Of a stretch of 64,000 nucleotides of DNA, positions 49,301-62,400 are shown one piece after another. Source of the DNA: Raillietiella orientalis (Eukaryota). The translations under genes were made by a program, and so were the position numbers. Under the pieces are notes generated by a model, which worked only from the letters and a program-made list of their open reading frames with translations, ran no database searches and was not told the origin of the DNA. Where the stretch lies: contig JAYWIR010000001.1 in assembly GCA_036172245.1 (NCBI GenBank), forward strand, positions 7,564,001 through 7,628,000. The letters run 5' to 3'. Numbering within the stretch: the stretch's first letter is position 1; the number at the start of each line of letters is the position of its first letter.

Positions 49301-51899
49301 AAGACACGGGGGATTCCATGCTGAAGACGATTTCGCAAGCGGGAAGGGAGAGGAAAGAGGGGGGGAGAGAGGAGTTGTCCGAAACTTCCCGATAGGCTCC
49401 CCGAACGACGGGGACTACTCTAATTACCGTAGCAAATGGGGTGACGAAGGCGCTGCCATGTTTCTAAATATGCTGACATCATTAAGGGGAAGGAGAAAGG
49501 AGGAATAACACTGGTCGGTAAGGACGGGAAAACAATAAATCAGTGCGCTGACAAAAGGCCTGACAAGCGCTGCATCTTGTCCTCCCATCTGCTCTCCTTG
49601 GACATCTTGCATAAGTCGGTCGATCTAACATGATCCGCGTTGGTGATGCGCGGCAGCACGCTGGCTCCGTGTCGCGAGCGGACTCTGTTTGAAATTTCCA
49701 TGCCATCTCCTCGTCGTTTGGCCGCGGGGGTCTTCAACGAAAAGCGCGCTCCTCCCCCTCTTCGCTCCAAGCCCCCATCCTTCACTTCCGGGCCTCTTCC
49801 TGCGATCTTCTCGGTCGGGTCGTCGCCGCGGTCGCTTTTGGAGGACGAATCCTCAATGGTCAGCGATGATCCTTGGCGACGGGCCGCTCATTTACCGTGC
49901 AGATGGAACGGGGGACCGCTTTCCCATCGCCTGGGCTGGCTGCACCCAGAGTAGGAGCGAGAGGGCCGCGTGCTCCCTCAACGTTTCCGACTGTTTGCCT
50001 TTTCCCGGGGTTTCTCCTCCTGCGCACTGCTGCCGTCCTGGTAGCCCTGCGTCTCTTTCCGGCGTTTCGAACTGCGCAGAGCTTTCGAAGGTTTGGTGCC
50101 TCGATCGAGGAATGCCTCCTCCTGCTTTCCACGATAAATAAGAGACAGCACAGGATATTTCGAGTCCGTTGACGTTTTTCGTCAAGAAGCGCAGCAAAAA
50201 AAAAGAAAAGAAAAAAGCATTGCCACTGCCACTCAGGGAACATCCAACCCTCGTTTCTGCTTCGCAAGCGAAAACGAGGATATTCCGGGAAAGAAATACC
50301 AAAGAGGTGACTGATGTGACTGCATTCGGGACTTGACTGTCGTAGAAGAAATACAGCAAGAGTGAAGCAAAATTAAACTTCGGCGGCGCTTTCCCTCTCC
50401 TTCCGCATGACAAAAAAAGGAAAACAGAAACTACGGATGTGATTTCAAGCAGCGGTAACAAGGGAGACGGGTAAGAAATGCTTCTGGGAGCACAATGTGA
50501 AATTAATCCGCCAGGAGTCAGATTAAATAAGGGAAGAACACAGGGAAGAACACGTGCGTGTGGCAAAACGCTCTCCGCGCTGCAGATGCTGGATGAGGAG
50601 CAAATTTGTCGACATTTCAGAAGTCCAGAAGGGCGTCCCGTTTTTGCGAGTGACTTTTTTGAACGTGTAAAACACGCTGGTATTCGATAAATTCAAGTTC
50701 CCAATTAACCAGAAAAATGCGTCTTCTGCTTTCTGAAAGGCATTTATTAATCGTTCAATTAACGGCAGTCTCACTTCTTTTTTTTTTTTATTTTTTATTA
50801 TTTTTTTTTTTTTTTAGAAAAAAAAACGGAGTGAGCTCTTTTTTTCTTTTTTTTTTTAATTGAGCTTACACGGACTGAACGATCCAAATTTCTAGAAACT
50901 CCGTTATAAAGTAACGACGTCAGACAGCTGGCGAAATTATTGAGGGAGAGCCATCCGCATAAACCCCCATCAAACCCTTGTGTTTCAGTTGATCAGAACA
51001 CCATCCAACCCCACTGCTTACAGAATGCACGTTTCAGTTCCTGAAGTCACCCTTTCCTCATTTCTCTCCCTCCGTTTACTTCCTGTTCTGGAGCAGCTCC
51101 TAGCGTTTTTCCCCAATTGTGTCAAATGGACGCGTCCGAAATTGCAGTTGGATGCCCCGAAGATTTGTGTCAAACTTCCTTGGATTTCTCATAACCTCGT
51201 GAAGATCTTTAGAAACTTTGCAAGCTCTCGGCGCCGTTCGTCCACACAGCCACCGTCACCGAGTGGTTGTTGGTCTTTCCATCGTCTTTCGACCCTCTGA
51301 TCGGAATCGAAAATGGAAGTTTTGCGTGGTCCTTCGGCATTCCCATCCACGAAAGAGCAAGATGGCTCCCTTGTTAGTGCAGGAACTCTCTTTGCAAGTG
51401 CAAATCACTCGAACAACAACACGATCAAGCCTTGTCTCATAAGACCAAAGAGTCAATTCTTTATTCTCATTAGCTGCTGACAGCGGACCCTTCAACAAAA
51501 ATCCTTGGAATTTTAATATTTGTTAACATTCGAAATCCATGCGGCACTGGAATTTATCTTTCCATGCAAATGAGAGGGTCGACTTCAAATCGAACGAACT
51601 CTCCTGTTGGTAAACTCATTCATTAAGGACAGAATACAGCGATTGTCGCTGGAAAGCTGCAAGAGCCGCTTCCAACTTCCTGGAAAGCTTTCCGAAGACT
51701 TGTCGTTGCTATCCCAGGAATAAACCAACGTGCAGCCGTGGCTGATGAATTGGGTTCGATTCCGGAGCGGGTCGTTTTTTTCCAGCATGTCACACTCTTC
51801 TTCTCGCGCGTTTTTGTGACACCCCTACGATTTCGAGATTTTCTACCACATGCGCTTGTAATGGACTTTGGATTGGCGCGCGAACATGTTCCGACTGTT

Positions 51900-52290
51900 C
51901 CTATTCCCCGCTTTTGCAATTCGATGCCAATCAGTTGATTATTTCATCCCAAACCTGAACACGGATCCGGGTCACACCGGCGAACTCTCCAAGCTACGTG
52001 ACCGGAATTTTCTCCCTCCATCTCCCCCTACGGGAGGAACAGTGCATTTTTTGTAACATTCCACTAGCAGAACGAAGAACTCCATATCCATCACAGGCCT
52101 TCATATAGTAAGGCCACTGAACAGCCCCCCCGCCCTCCCTTTGGATGATCCCCCTTTGATCATGCCTTTTCCGGAATCACTGAAATCCACTATTTGCCAG
52201 ATCACCTTTTCAATCAGGAATACCACGGAATCGTAGGTTTTATTGCTCGATTATGAATATCCACGGCGATATTCGTGCAGGCAGTTTTTT
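51900..52290 (-). pseudogene. Degenerate protein kinase fragment (subdomains VIb-IX), possibly Pelle/IRAK-like
   Basis: IHNRAIKPT (HRDIKP), IVDFS (DFG) and DGYGVL (DVxxxGVL) in correct order and roughly correct spacing. Confidence 0.4.
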
Positions 52291-52299
52291 GAAAATGGA

Positions 52300-53540
52300 T
52301 TTAAAAACGCAGTGGCGCACTCATAAAAAGTGGGGAGCTGTGCAACAGATGCAATGCCAATCAATTTTCACAAAGCTTTGCCGCCCACCTTTCTGGTCAC
52401 TTCCAGCCCGAGTGCTCTCGAACTTCAACGAGCAGAAAGTTACACCGTACATGGTACGCGGTTTTCGGGGCAGTACAGCGCACATTTTGTTGCTCAGGAC
52501 ATCCGCGATCATTCATCTCCAGCTGATCAGATTAGGTTTCCAACGGATGGGAGCTGCTTGCAATCGTAACAGTAGAATCCCGGGACGATGGGAGCTGCTG
52601 CATTCCTGGACCATCCTATCGGTTCCACTCTTTGGCGCAACCATATGCTCACGAACATTCATGAGCATGAGTTCGTGACTATTTTGGCCCCTTGGGCCAT
52701 AAGGATGCTGATTCCCCGAGCATGCTGCATTGCATATAGGCGCGCTCAGTGTAACTGCCCAGTTCGATCTTCACCCTTCCTACGTACCCCAGACGATTTG
52801 GTGGTAAGGGTGCTCCACACAGTGCAACATGCCTAACTCATCTGCACCACCTCATGTTTTCTTGATCTGTTTTTCTCTCTCCGTGCCGAGTGAGCAACGA
52901 TTCTGCTCATTTCCGGTTTGGGATTCTACCGAAACTTCCCACGCCTTCCGTTATGAAAAGCCTTGCTTACCTTTAGTACATGGATTTCAGTTCGCTCGTA
53001 TACATCCCTCCTTGCACACATACGACATGTACGCTTGCATATAAGTGAAATGTTTCCGTACTTCGTCCATCAATAAGCGCTTCTTCTTTTTTTTTTTTTT
53101 TTACGTAGTAGCCAGTAGAAGTGAGGAGCGAAAAAGTGGACATTCCACAGCGTGCCATCCTGCAAGAGGAACAGGAAAACGGGCAAATGGAATTTCGTAG
53201 CAAAAAGGACCTCGAGTACCTATTCGAAGTGCACACACACGCCGGTGCGTGTTGCTGACTTACACCTTCGAGGGGATTTCAGAATCTCGCAATCAAAAAT
53301 GGGGAAAACACGCACCCCAGCCCGGACGATGTGCGGAGGATGGACAAGGACAGTCCTTGTTTTTATGTACCATCTACATTTATCGTTTATTTTGGCATTC
53401 TTCACGTACACCTTGGGAAGAGGAATTCAAACGCTTGGGTTTGTGGAGAGATGTCCAGGGCATTCGTGACCATCCTCTACCATGTTTTGAGATTCCATAA
53501 GAACGGTGGTTCAAATCCATTCTAGGAGACTCGCCAAAAA
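52300..53540 (-). pseudogene. Degenerate CUB + trypsin-like serine protease gene fragment
   Basis: CUB-like NDKCRWYIKT upstream; then CGAPL (CGxxL), PIGW (GWG), NKMCA and LIGIAS...PTFY in trypsin order; catalytic motifs lost. Confidence 0.4.
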
Positions 53541-54849
53541 AAAAAAAAAAAACAACGCAGAGGAGAAATAAGGATTGTAGTTGAACTCTCTCATGACTAC
53601 ATAAAGAATATCGGAACGAACGAGAAATGCGGATTGTACTCTCTTTTCGGGAAATAATGGTGGGATGGCGTCGTGTTTGCCAGAGTGTCACCGTCGCGGC
53701 TCAGTTCTTGTACACTGCACCTTAGCCGCGATCCACCGGATTCGTGCAGAGCGGCTTCCGGGGATTCCACCGGACGACCTTGTTCCACGACGATTGGAGA
53801 TGTGGCATACACACGGCTGGATCAAAGATTCCACTCCGTCTCCGGAAGTGAAACGCGATCCAGCGAAAGGAGGGCGTTCGCTGCTGCTCTGAATCGGGCA
53901 GAGGGGTCGAATCTCTTTTTCTTGGGATTCCTGGCTCCATTCGTTCCGTCTCGGAAGAGTACCGGCTTCTGCCGCCGCCCCCTCCTCCCCCATATCGACC
54001 TGGAGAGAGAGGGAAAAAAAAAAAAAAATTTCAGACTTTGTCGGAGTGCGTTCCATCGGCTCATTTTCGTCCAGAATTTTTCGCCGTTGGTCCGCGACGA
54101 ATTCTCAGTGAGATTCGAGCGCGCGCGTTTTCTTCGGACGCGGAAATCTGCGTCCTTTAGGGAAAAAAAGAAGCCCCCCCCCCCTCCAAAAAAAAAGCGA
54201 AAAAAGCGAAAAAAGAGAAAAAAAAAGAGAAGGAGGGAATTTCCTGAGAAATCCGCGTTCAGGGAAAGGTCGAGCTGAACGAAGTTTGGAAACGGACGCC
54301 GAGGCAAAACAACGAATTGATGGCTACCGCGTTCCTCAGCAAAGGCACGCTAATTAGCTGCAAACTTCCAATTGCCAGCCGGGACGATTTTTTCCTTTTT
54401 ATCGAGTGCTAAAGGACATTTCGTCTCTGCTCTACGCGGAAAGCAAAAGACGTAATCTCCTTGACAAATAGAAAGCGCCTTTAAACTTCTGGGTAGAATT
54501 ATTGCGGCAGCTGCTTGACGGATGTGCTTCACTCACCTTCTCTTAAAGGTTCATTGTGTCTAAGGAGCGGACGCAATATTTTTTTCGGGATAGTTTTCAA
54601 AAGTCGAGACACTCCTTGTCAAAACAGAAGATATCTTCGTTGCATCCGGAATCTGCCGAGACTGCGAGACCAAAAACAAAAAAGGAAGAAGGAAGCCTAA
54701 AAAAAAAAAAAAATACGGAAAAAAAAAAAAAAAAATCGGCTTCCTGCTATCCCTGGAAGATGACAAATAAACGTCCTGAAGAATTGGGTGCAGATAGTTA
54801 CGGTCGTGTGTGAGAATAACTCATCATTAGAAAAACCCTTCACAGTTGC

Positions 54850-55330
54850 ATCGTGACGAGTCTCGTTGTTTCCTCGTTTCCCTTTGTCCTTGCACTCGTC
54901 CTCCCGGGATTAGCTACACGGGCACCATCCGTGTGCAGATGCCTTCACCGAGGTCCTTCGAATCCACGATCCGCCGAATATCCCACCACGGGGGTGTAAT
55001 GGCCAACGGCAGCTTTCTCATAGAGCGGCTGTGGAGCTTTCCAAGTGGCTCGGCACTCCGCACATCGTGGTCGGATCCACGGGCATTCAGCGCAGAGATG
55101 CTTTCGGTCGTTTCCCTTGCCAGGGATGCTGGTTTTCTGAGCAAAAGAACGGTTCCAAACCTTCCAGAGACCACACCATTGATGATGCTTTCCATCCTCT
55201 GTGAATTGGTATCGATTTAATGACACTCAACACCCCAACACGTGTTTCATCTAAAGAAGCCTCCCACGGATGAGTTTGCATCTCGAGCAAGTGGTTTCGC
55301 TCATTCGGTTCGTACTGTTTATTGTCTTCG
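54850..55330 (-). mobile_element. Possible PIF/Harbinger (DDE_Tnp_4) transposase relic
   Basis: VGVLSVIKSIPIHR, SIINGVV, ARGSDHDVR (PGSxHD) and ADRGF in the expected order, frameshifted. Confidence 0.4.
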
Positions 55331-55885
55331 TGTCCATTTGTCTCTACTGAGCCGTATTTGCCTTGGGGCATGCTACGCGCGCCGTAGTAGCAGCGGCAAG
55401 TAAAATTCGCTGGTGTTTTCTGATCGTTTTGCGAATCGGACAGTTTTCAGGTCATTGGCAGACGATCAGATTCGACTGCTTGCAAATCACAGTGTTCCTC
55501 GTGCTTGGTGGTGTTGAAGCTCCACGCCATGGTAACCGACTCTGCCGATCCAAAGCCGCTGATCGCTGACAAGTTTGGAATGTGCAGTGTCAACTCTTTC
55601 ACGGAGCCTCTAGCTGAACGTTTTTTCAGCTGCATCGAACTCTTCGCGGAACAGGCAGCGTATCTGTCTGCATCTGTGCACCGATCTGCTAACTTTCGTT
55701 GAAGCATAACCACTGCTCGTTGCTTGTGTAGCGAAATCAAACGTGTTGTACGCATGCAACGTGTCCATTGCAACGCGTGACTTGCAGCGACTAGTACTGG
55801 AGCAACGCAGTCTGGAGAGTTGATGCCTTGGGGAATCGCTAAAACGGAATCAAAGCCAAATTGGCCACCATCTTGCTGTATCTGC

Positions 55886-55952
55886 GGCACCATCGCCTCC
55901 AGAGAATGGCCGTGTGAGTGCGTCATAGGCACCATCGCCTCCAGAGAATGGC
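55886..55952 (+). repeat. 25-bp perfect direct repeat, 42-bp period
   Basis: ggcaccatcgcctccagagaatggc at 55886-55910 and 55928-55952. Confidence 0.95.
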
Positions 55953-58129
55953 TGTTCGGTGTTTGGACTCCAAAATCCTCGAATCGTTCCCATTATGTGC
56001 ACCACATCATTAATGAGTTCAATTGAGCGAGATGCTGAGTCTGTGCGGAAGTCTTCTTAAACTGCGTCGAATCATTTACCACACTTGAAAACCAAAGATC
56101 CTACTCCCTAACGATGCTGCGGTCGTCGATTAATCACAGAGAGATCAGGCAAATCTCCCAGTTTTCTCCGTTGGCTCTGGTAACGAATGGATGGTTCACG
56201 TGACACAGTACGTGGATGCGGCGCAAAGACGGATGCGACAGCCCGCTTGGTGATCTCCTGGACACAGGTAAACCAAAGAACTATCTCTGGGATGACGAGC
56301 CATCGGATTCCAGACATCAATCCAAAATTCGGATGCTGCAGCTGCCTGGGAGTGAGAGAAGCCGCTGCTGGCTCTCGGCCCGCGGCCGCAAATCCTTCCA
56401 GAGGGTCGTGAACCAGGAAGACGTCTTCGCAAGGTGCTAAATCCTCCTGGAAGAGGATCAGGAAGCCATCGGGGAGAGCGCGACGCAGAACGTGATGGTT
56501 CATCATCTGCAGCGTGGAACGAGGCCAGGATGGAGGACGGAGTGATGGAACGGGCGGCTGAGAGGATATCTATCCTGAGATGCTGGTTTTGGAGCGAAGG
56601 CATCCCGCCTCCCTTCAATGTGGCACCTTTCGCATTCGAGTGGGAGTCCGAGCTAGGACACTGGTCCAGTCGAAGCTTCTTGTACGGAGGGGAGGAGGGG
56701 GAAGTGAGAAAGGCAAAAGAGAGAGAACATTCTGCCGCGGCCACTACTGTCTCTGGACTCTGCTCCTCAGTTGCGATCACGTGGAAACGCCACCCTCCTG
56801 CTTACGTCCCATTTGGCCTCGGGGTTCCCGTCTTCATCTTCAGCAAGGTCGCTTCGTTATTCCTTCCGCAGGGAGTCCATACTAAAGAAAGATGGATGGC
56901 GCGCTCTGTCGGAAGGTCACGCCGTTTCCCTGTCCTTTGCTGCCCGCGGTTTCTCGTCCTCCCTTCTCGTTCCTCCTTTCTCATCCCATGTCATGAACAG
57001 CTGATCCGGCTGGAAGCTGTCCCCTCACTTCAGTCGTCTTGCCTCCCCATGCCGCGCGCGCGCAGGCCTGTGATTCCGTGGAGTTACTCCCGGAGGGCAT
57101 AGCGATCCGCCGTCGAAACTCCGGAAAGGCCGGGGAGGAGTGCACAGGGAAGAGGGAGAAAACGTGAAAAGGGAGGGGAATTCAGGGAAGGACGGGAGAT
57201 CAAAGGAGATTGAAGAAGCTCTTCCGGGAGACTTGGCAGCGAACCCTGATCGACGACCATGCGTCAGGATTACGCAGGCATCGCCACGGGATCGGCGTGA
57301 TGGCTCCTCCTGCTCCTTCCCCAGATGCCGCGGGTGTCCATCTCTGCGCGCTCCCGCTCTCCTCCGCACGCGCCTTTCTGGATGAACGGGTCCGTCTCCG
57401 GGATACAGAGCATTCTTTCCGGGAGACGCGATGATCCTGCGATGGGATGCGAGAGGCGGGAACGTCCGCGAACAGATCGATGAACCCTTTGGGAGGGCGC
57501 ATCGCTTGTGGCGGCGGCTCTCTCTGATGCAGCCGCCCTTCTCACGGGCTGAAGAGGCTCTCAAGAGACACGGAGACCTGGAGGCGCGCGACTCAGGGGC
57601 GCGGGCAAGGTTAGGGAGGGCCGGGCGAGAGCTGGGCGGCAGCGTTTCGTCGTCGAGGGGCGTCTGGGGCAGCGCACGTCGCCGGCACAGCTGGACGCCG
57701 CTGCCGCCATCGGAGGGATTTCCCCGCGATCGCATGTCGCGCCGCGTGCCCTCCAGGAAGGCTGCTCGGCGCGGCGGCTGGCGCGGAGGGTTTCCTTCCC
57801 CCTCCCCTTCCCTCTCTTCCTCCGGCTGCTGCCGGTGGGCCGGGGAGGACTCCGTGAGTCTGCAGCCGTCATCGAGGCGCGCGCGCGTGTCGGCGAACTC
57901 CGTCTTCTCCCCCTACCCTCCACCTACTTGCCCACGAACCCTTTCTCTCTCTCTATCTCTCCCCCTTCCCTACTTCCGCGTTCGTCCCCCGTCCGTCTGC
58001 TCTTCAGCGTCTGTCGGCGGCCCGGCCTCGCCTCTCGGAGCGTTCGCGAGGAACGGTTGCCTTCTTAAGGGAAGGCAAGGAGAAGGGGCAGATAACTGTG
58101 CCGGTCCAGCCGCGGCAATTGGGAAGCCC

Positions 58130-59470
58130 TCGTCCAGGTACGCGTAGGATGGCGAGGCCTCCCCTTCCTCCTCCTTGGACGGGGATTCGCTCAAGTACGT
58201 CAGGTCGTTCGCAAAGATCACGTCCTGCCCTTCTTGCGCAGGTTATCCGGCGGCTGCTCTCCTTGTGACTACAAGTCGTTGGTAAGGCTGCTGCCAAACC
58301 GGCCCGCCCCGGGGCCGCTCTTCTCCTCCGACTCTGTTACCGGATCTTCCACTACGGGCATCGTCTCCAGGAACGTCCCCGATGCCGTCCTTCGCCTCTT
58401 CCAGGATGTCCAGCTGCCCGCACAACCCCAGCTCGGAGATGCCCTCGCCGCCGCCGCCGATGGACCGTCGGAGCCTCTCGAAGGCTTGCAGGAACAACAT
58501 GGTGGCCTGTTGTCGTTCAGCATCCGCACCACGTCCGCTGCGTGAGTGTGGTCCGCACGTGCAGCTTCTTGACGGACGGGCATCTGCGCCTGGCAGCTTT
58601 AGTTGTGAGCGGCGGACGCCTCGGTCAGGACCCGGAGCGAGGTCTCTGGCACTCGGAGGTCGACGGACCGGCTAACTTCTTGCACCTCGTCCAGGTCCAT
58701 GTGGTCTATCCGCTTGGGCATCTTGCGAAGGCCCCGTGTCGGCGCCCCTCAGGGCCTCGAAAGACGCGTCTTGGAAGAGCCAGATACTGCTTCCACTCCC
58801 ACCCCTCCTCGTCCTTGGGGATGCGACGCGCGGGGGGGGGGGTAGGGGGAATAAAGAGGAGGATGCGATCTGGGACGAGCACCGGGACCATCCCATTATC
58901 CTCCAGCGTCGCTGGCGAAGACGCCTGCGGCCCTTGCTCCCTCTCCAGCTGGCTGGCCTGGATCGACGACGCCTTGGGAGACTCCACTCACCGCTCGCAC
59001 CTCCGTCCTGACACGCAGTAGGCAGAGGCGCCCCCTCGCGCTGCCCGTGGTGAAGTCTTGGGAGACTGACCAGTGAGAGAGCAGGAGGGAATAGCAGCAT
59101 CTTTCTGCAGCCATCGAGCCGTCCAGCCCACGGCGCTGGAGGTCCTGAGACCACGCACTGCGGCAGCTCACCCACCGACGCCCGGGAGGATCTCCCAGGA
59201 AGATCTTGGACTTGGCTGCCGGGAAGGAGAAGGCGCTCCGGGCACGACTCACCTCGGAGATCCCGCGTGGTCTGCAGGAGGAAAGAGCAACCGCGACAAG
59301 GGGAGAGGAGGAAGAGGAGGAGCACGGTTGCGGGAAATCTGCCTCCTCCTCCTCCTCCTCCCTCCGTGGTCCCGGGGATCTCAGGGAGCGCAGCCTTTCC
59401 AGAAGATCCTCAGCAGAGAGTCCTTCGCAAAGCTTGAGAAGATCCGTGAAGTAAGGGGGGAGGGGAAAGA
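58130..59470 (-). pseudogene. Possible death-fold (DED + death domain, FADD/caspase-8-prodomain-like) gene relic
   Basis: YFTDLLKLCEGLSAEDL resembles DED helices 1-2; downstream WKQYLAL, KRIDHMD and ELGLCGQLDILEE resemble death-domain helices; several frameshifts. Confidence 0.3.
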
Positions 59471-62400
59471 ACGGGCAGAGGTGGATGGTGAGTGTGTACA
59501 TTCCTCTTCCTCTCCTAAGGTGTTAGCAGATCGGTGCTTCTCTCCAGCGGAGTCGTCGTCGCCGGCCGCCGCAACACGGTCACCACATTTCCGCCCGTCG
59601 TTGCCAAGGCGCGGTCGCCGGTCTGCAGGGAAGGGGTAAGGGGGAGGGGCGACGGCTCGTTCCCGCAATCTGGAACCTCTCTGCCCGGTTGCAACCGCAC
59701 TCCGTAAGTGCATGGGGCCGGAGGCGAGGAGAGGGGGAGGGGTGAACCGAAAAGGGTGACCGGGTCCACTGTTCTCTCGGAGACGTCGATGGATCCTCCT
59801 GATGTTCCCCCTCCCCCTGCTCCCAGGGAGTCGCGACGTGCGCACCCGCGTGGAGAGGAGGTCCGTGCGCGCGCGCTCCTAACATTCCCGCCGGGAACGC
59901 GTGCGCACGTGCGCCTTTGCCCAGAGCGCGCACGTCGCAGCCGCTCCCTATCAATCTACTCCTCCTGGCGTCCCAGATCCCGGTCGGGAGGCGCTAGCCG
60001 GAAAGCGGCTTTCGGGGAGCAGACGCCCCTCCTTCGGGTGAACGCTGCGTGACTTGGCCCGAGCTGGGATCATGGACGCTCTCGTCCCGTTCGGCGGGAG
60101 CCGTCGCGCTGTCAGTGACCCCGCGCATCCCCCGTTCCCGGGAAGGAGCGGGAGGCCCCGGGAGCCTAGCGCGTCCCACGGGCCATAAATTTCCTCCGGA
60201 CCGGAAGCACAGAGGAAAAGGAAGGGGCTATCCCTGGGGTGGAGCAGGGGAGCAGGGGCAGAAAAAAAAGCCTGCTGGAGAGGGTGCGCAGGGGGAAGGG
60301 GGTCGTGAGGGGTCGTGAGCGATTTCCCTTCCAGGCCTCCCGGACTCTTCACCCACCTCGGGACTGGAGACCGACTCCCGAGAAGATGTGACGTTCCCCC
60401 TCCCTTTTTTCCGGAAAGCCGCTCGGAAAGCGCCTGGCTTCACACTGTTCCCGGTCGACCGCTATGGGCAGAGCATCCAAAAGGGGACGTAGGCGCGCCT
60501 CCAGTGGATTAGGGAAGGAGGGGGGAGGGAGGGTAGTTCTGGGATTTTCCATAGTCCGTGACCAGCGGGCGCGACCTCCTCCTGCAGCTCCCCTACCTCG
60601 TAGATCCGGGAGGTCGGCTGCGCTCCCCCCACCCCCACGTCTCACGATGGGCGGACGACGGCTCGCGCGCCTTCTGAAGCAGTCGCTTGCGTAAGGGAGG
60701 GCGCGCGATCCCCCCTCCCCCTTCCACGCGCAGCATCCGCTCGTGACCTGCTGCTCCCGGGAAGAAGGTGGGAATGTGCACGCACCAGCCGTCCCTGCCC
60801 CTTCTCCTCTCTCCCTCTTCCCCCTCCTCCTTCCTCTTTCCAGGATTCGCGCAAGTTAGAGGGGTTGAAATGAACTGAGAACTGTTCCTCTCTCAGGAGA
60901 GACCCGGGTACCAGAGCTTCCCTCGTTTCGCCTCGCGGAGGGGGAGGAGGTGCGGGACCGACATTTCCTTCCTGCTCCCTCGAGGGAGGTTGGCACGCGC
61001 CCACGACAGGGAGGGCAGGACTCGATCCTCCGAGAGGGAGAGCATTGCTACGGGCGGCCCACGCAATCGCGGGACGCGCTCCTCCCGAGGGCGCGGGCCG
61101 GAGGGGACTGTCCCGGCAGCGCGCTCATGCCAGGACCACCCACGTGGCAGCAGCCAGCGTGTCCGCGTCCCACGCTCGAGGCTCCGTTCCTTCTCCCCTG
61201 CTCCCTTGCTCCCGTGGGCCTGCCTAACCCGTTAATCTCCCCCTCTCCCTCCTCCTACCGGTCGAGGGACTCTTCGGGGTGTGGGGTGTGGGAACTCTCG
61301 GGACCGACACCAAACAGAGAGACCCCCGCGAGTTCTCCCTCCCTCCCTCCCCCCTTTCCTCCGCCACCGCCGGGGAGGCTGGGCTTACCTGCACGGCTTC
61401 CTCGCGAAGGACGAGGTGGCGTTCCGGGAAGGGTGACCAGCCGCTCCCTATCTTCCGATCTGTCATCTGCTGCGCGGGAGGAGATGCGTATCTACGCTTG
61501 AGATCGTATCTTGCGCGACCGCAATTTGCCTCCCTCGCTCCTCCCTCCCTCCGCTCCCCACCCTACTCCGTCAGATGGGAGCCGCCCCTCGGACGGGGCG
61601 CTCTTCCTCTCCCGGCCCACCTGCGCTTCTGCTAGGGAAAGAGGGAAGACGGAGGGAGGCGTGAAAGGGGAAGAGGAGCCCGAACAACGGTTGGGGAGGA
61701 GAGGGCTCTTCCTGCGGGTTCGCTTTCCGGCGCCGGCGAGCCTGTCTTGCAGAGATTTCCTCCCCAAGGAGGTTCTGCGCTGCTTCTTCCTCCACTTCGC
61801 ACCAGGAATCGCGACGCGGCATCCCCTTCTCTCTTCCCCTTTCGAGCTCGTCCCCTTCCTCGCGGGAGATGCCTCTCGTGCTTCTCCTCCCGCCGTTTCC
61901 TCTCCAGGAGACCTGTCCCCCTCCATAGCTTTCGAAAGCGGGAAGCAGGAATGACCACTGGTCCTCTCGATGGGATCCTCAAGTGGGAAAGAAGGAGTGA
62001 CGAAAGGAAGGACGTTCCCTTCTCTCCTTCCCCCTCATTCCTCTTCGTTTCCTCTGTCGTGGTCGAGAGAGGCGAGGAGCGTCCACTCTTCGAGCTCCCT
62101 TCTCCTCCAGGATCGAAGACGGTGGGAGGAAAAGATGCGTCTCCGAAAGGGGACGGGGGATGGGATCAGGAAAGAGGGAGGGAGCAGGAGGCTCGTGTGA
62201 ATACGTCGCCGCTTCCTGACAGCCTTGGAGGGAGAGTCCGAAATCGGAAGAGGGGGGGAGGGGGGAAGAAAGGGACCGAAGGGAAGCATCCCTCCTCCCC
62301 CTGTAGGATACCATCCACTCCAGAGGGAGGAGGAGGAATGTCCCGAAAACGCCAGGGGGCTGTTGGAGTTGGCACGTTCACTGAAGCAGAAGGGGATGTG

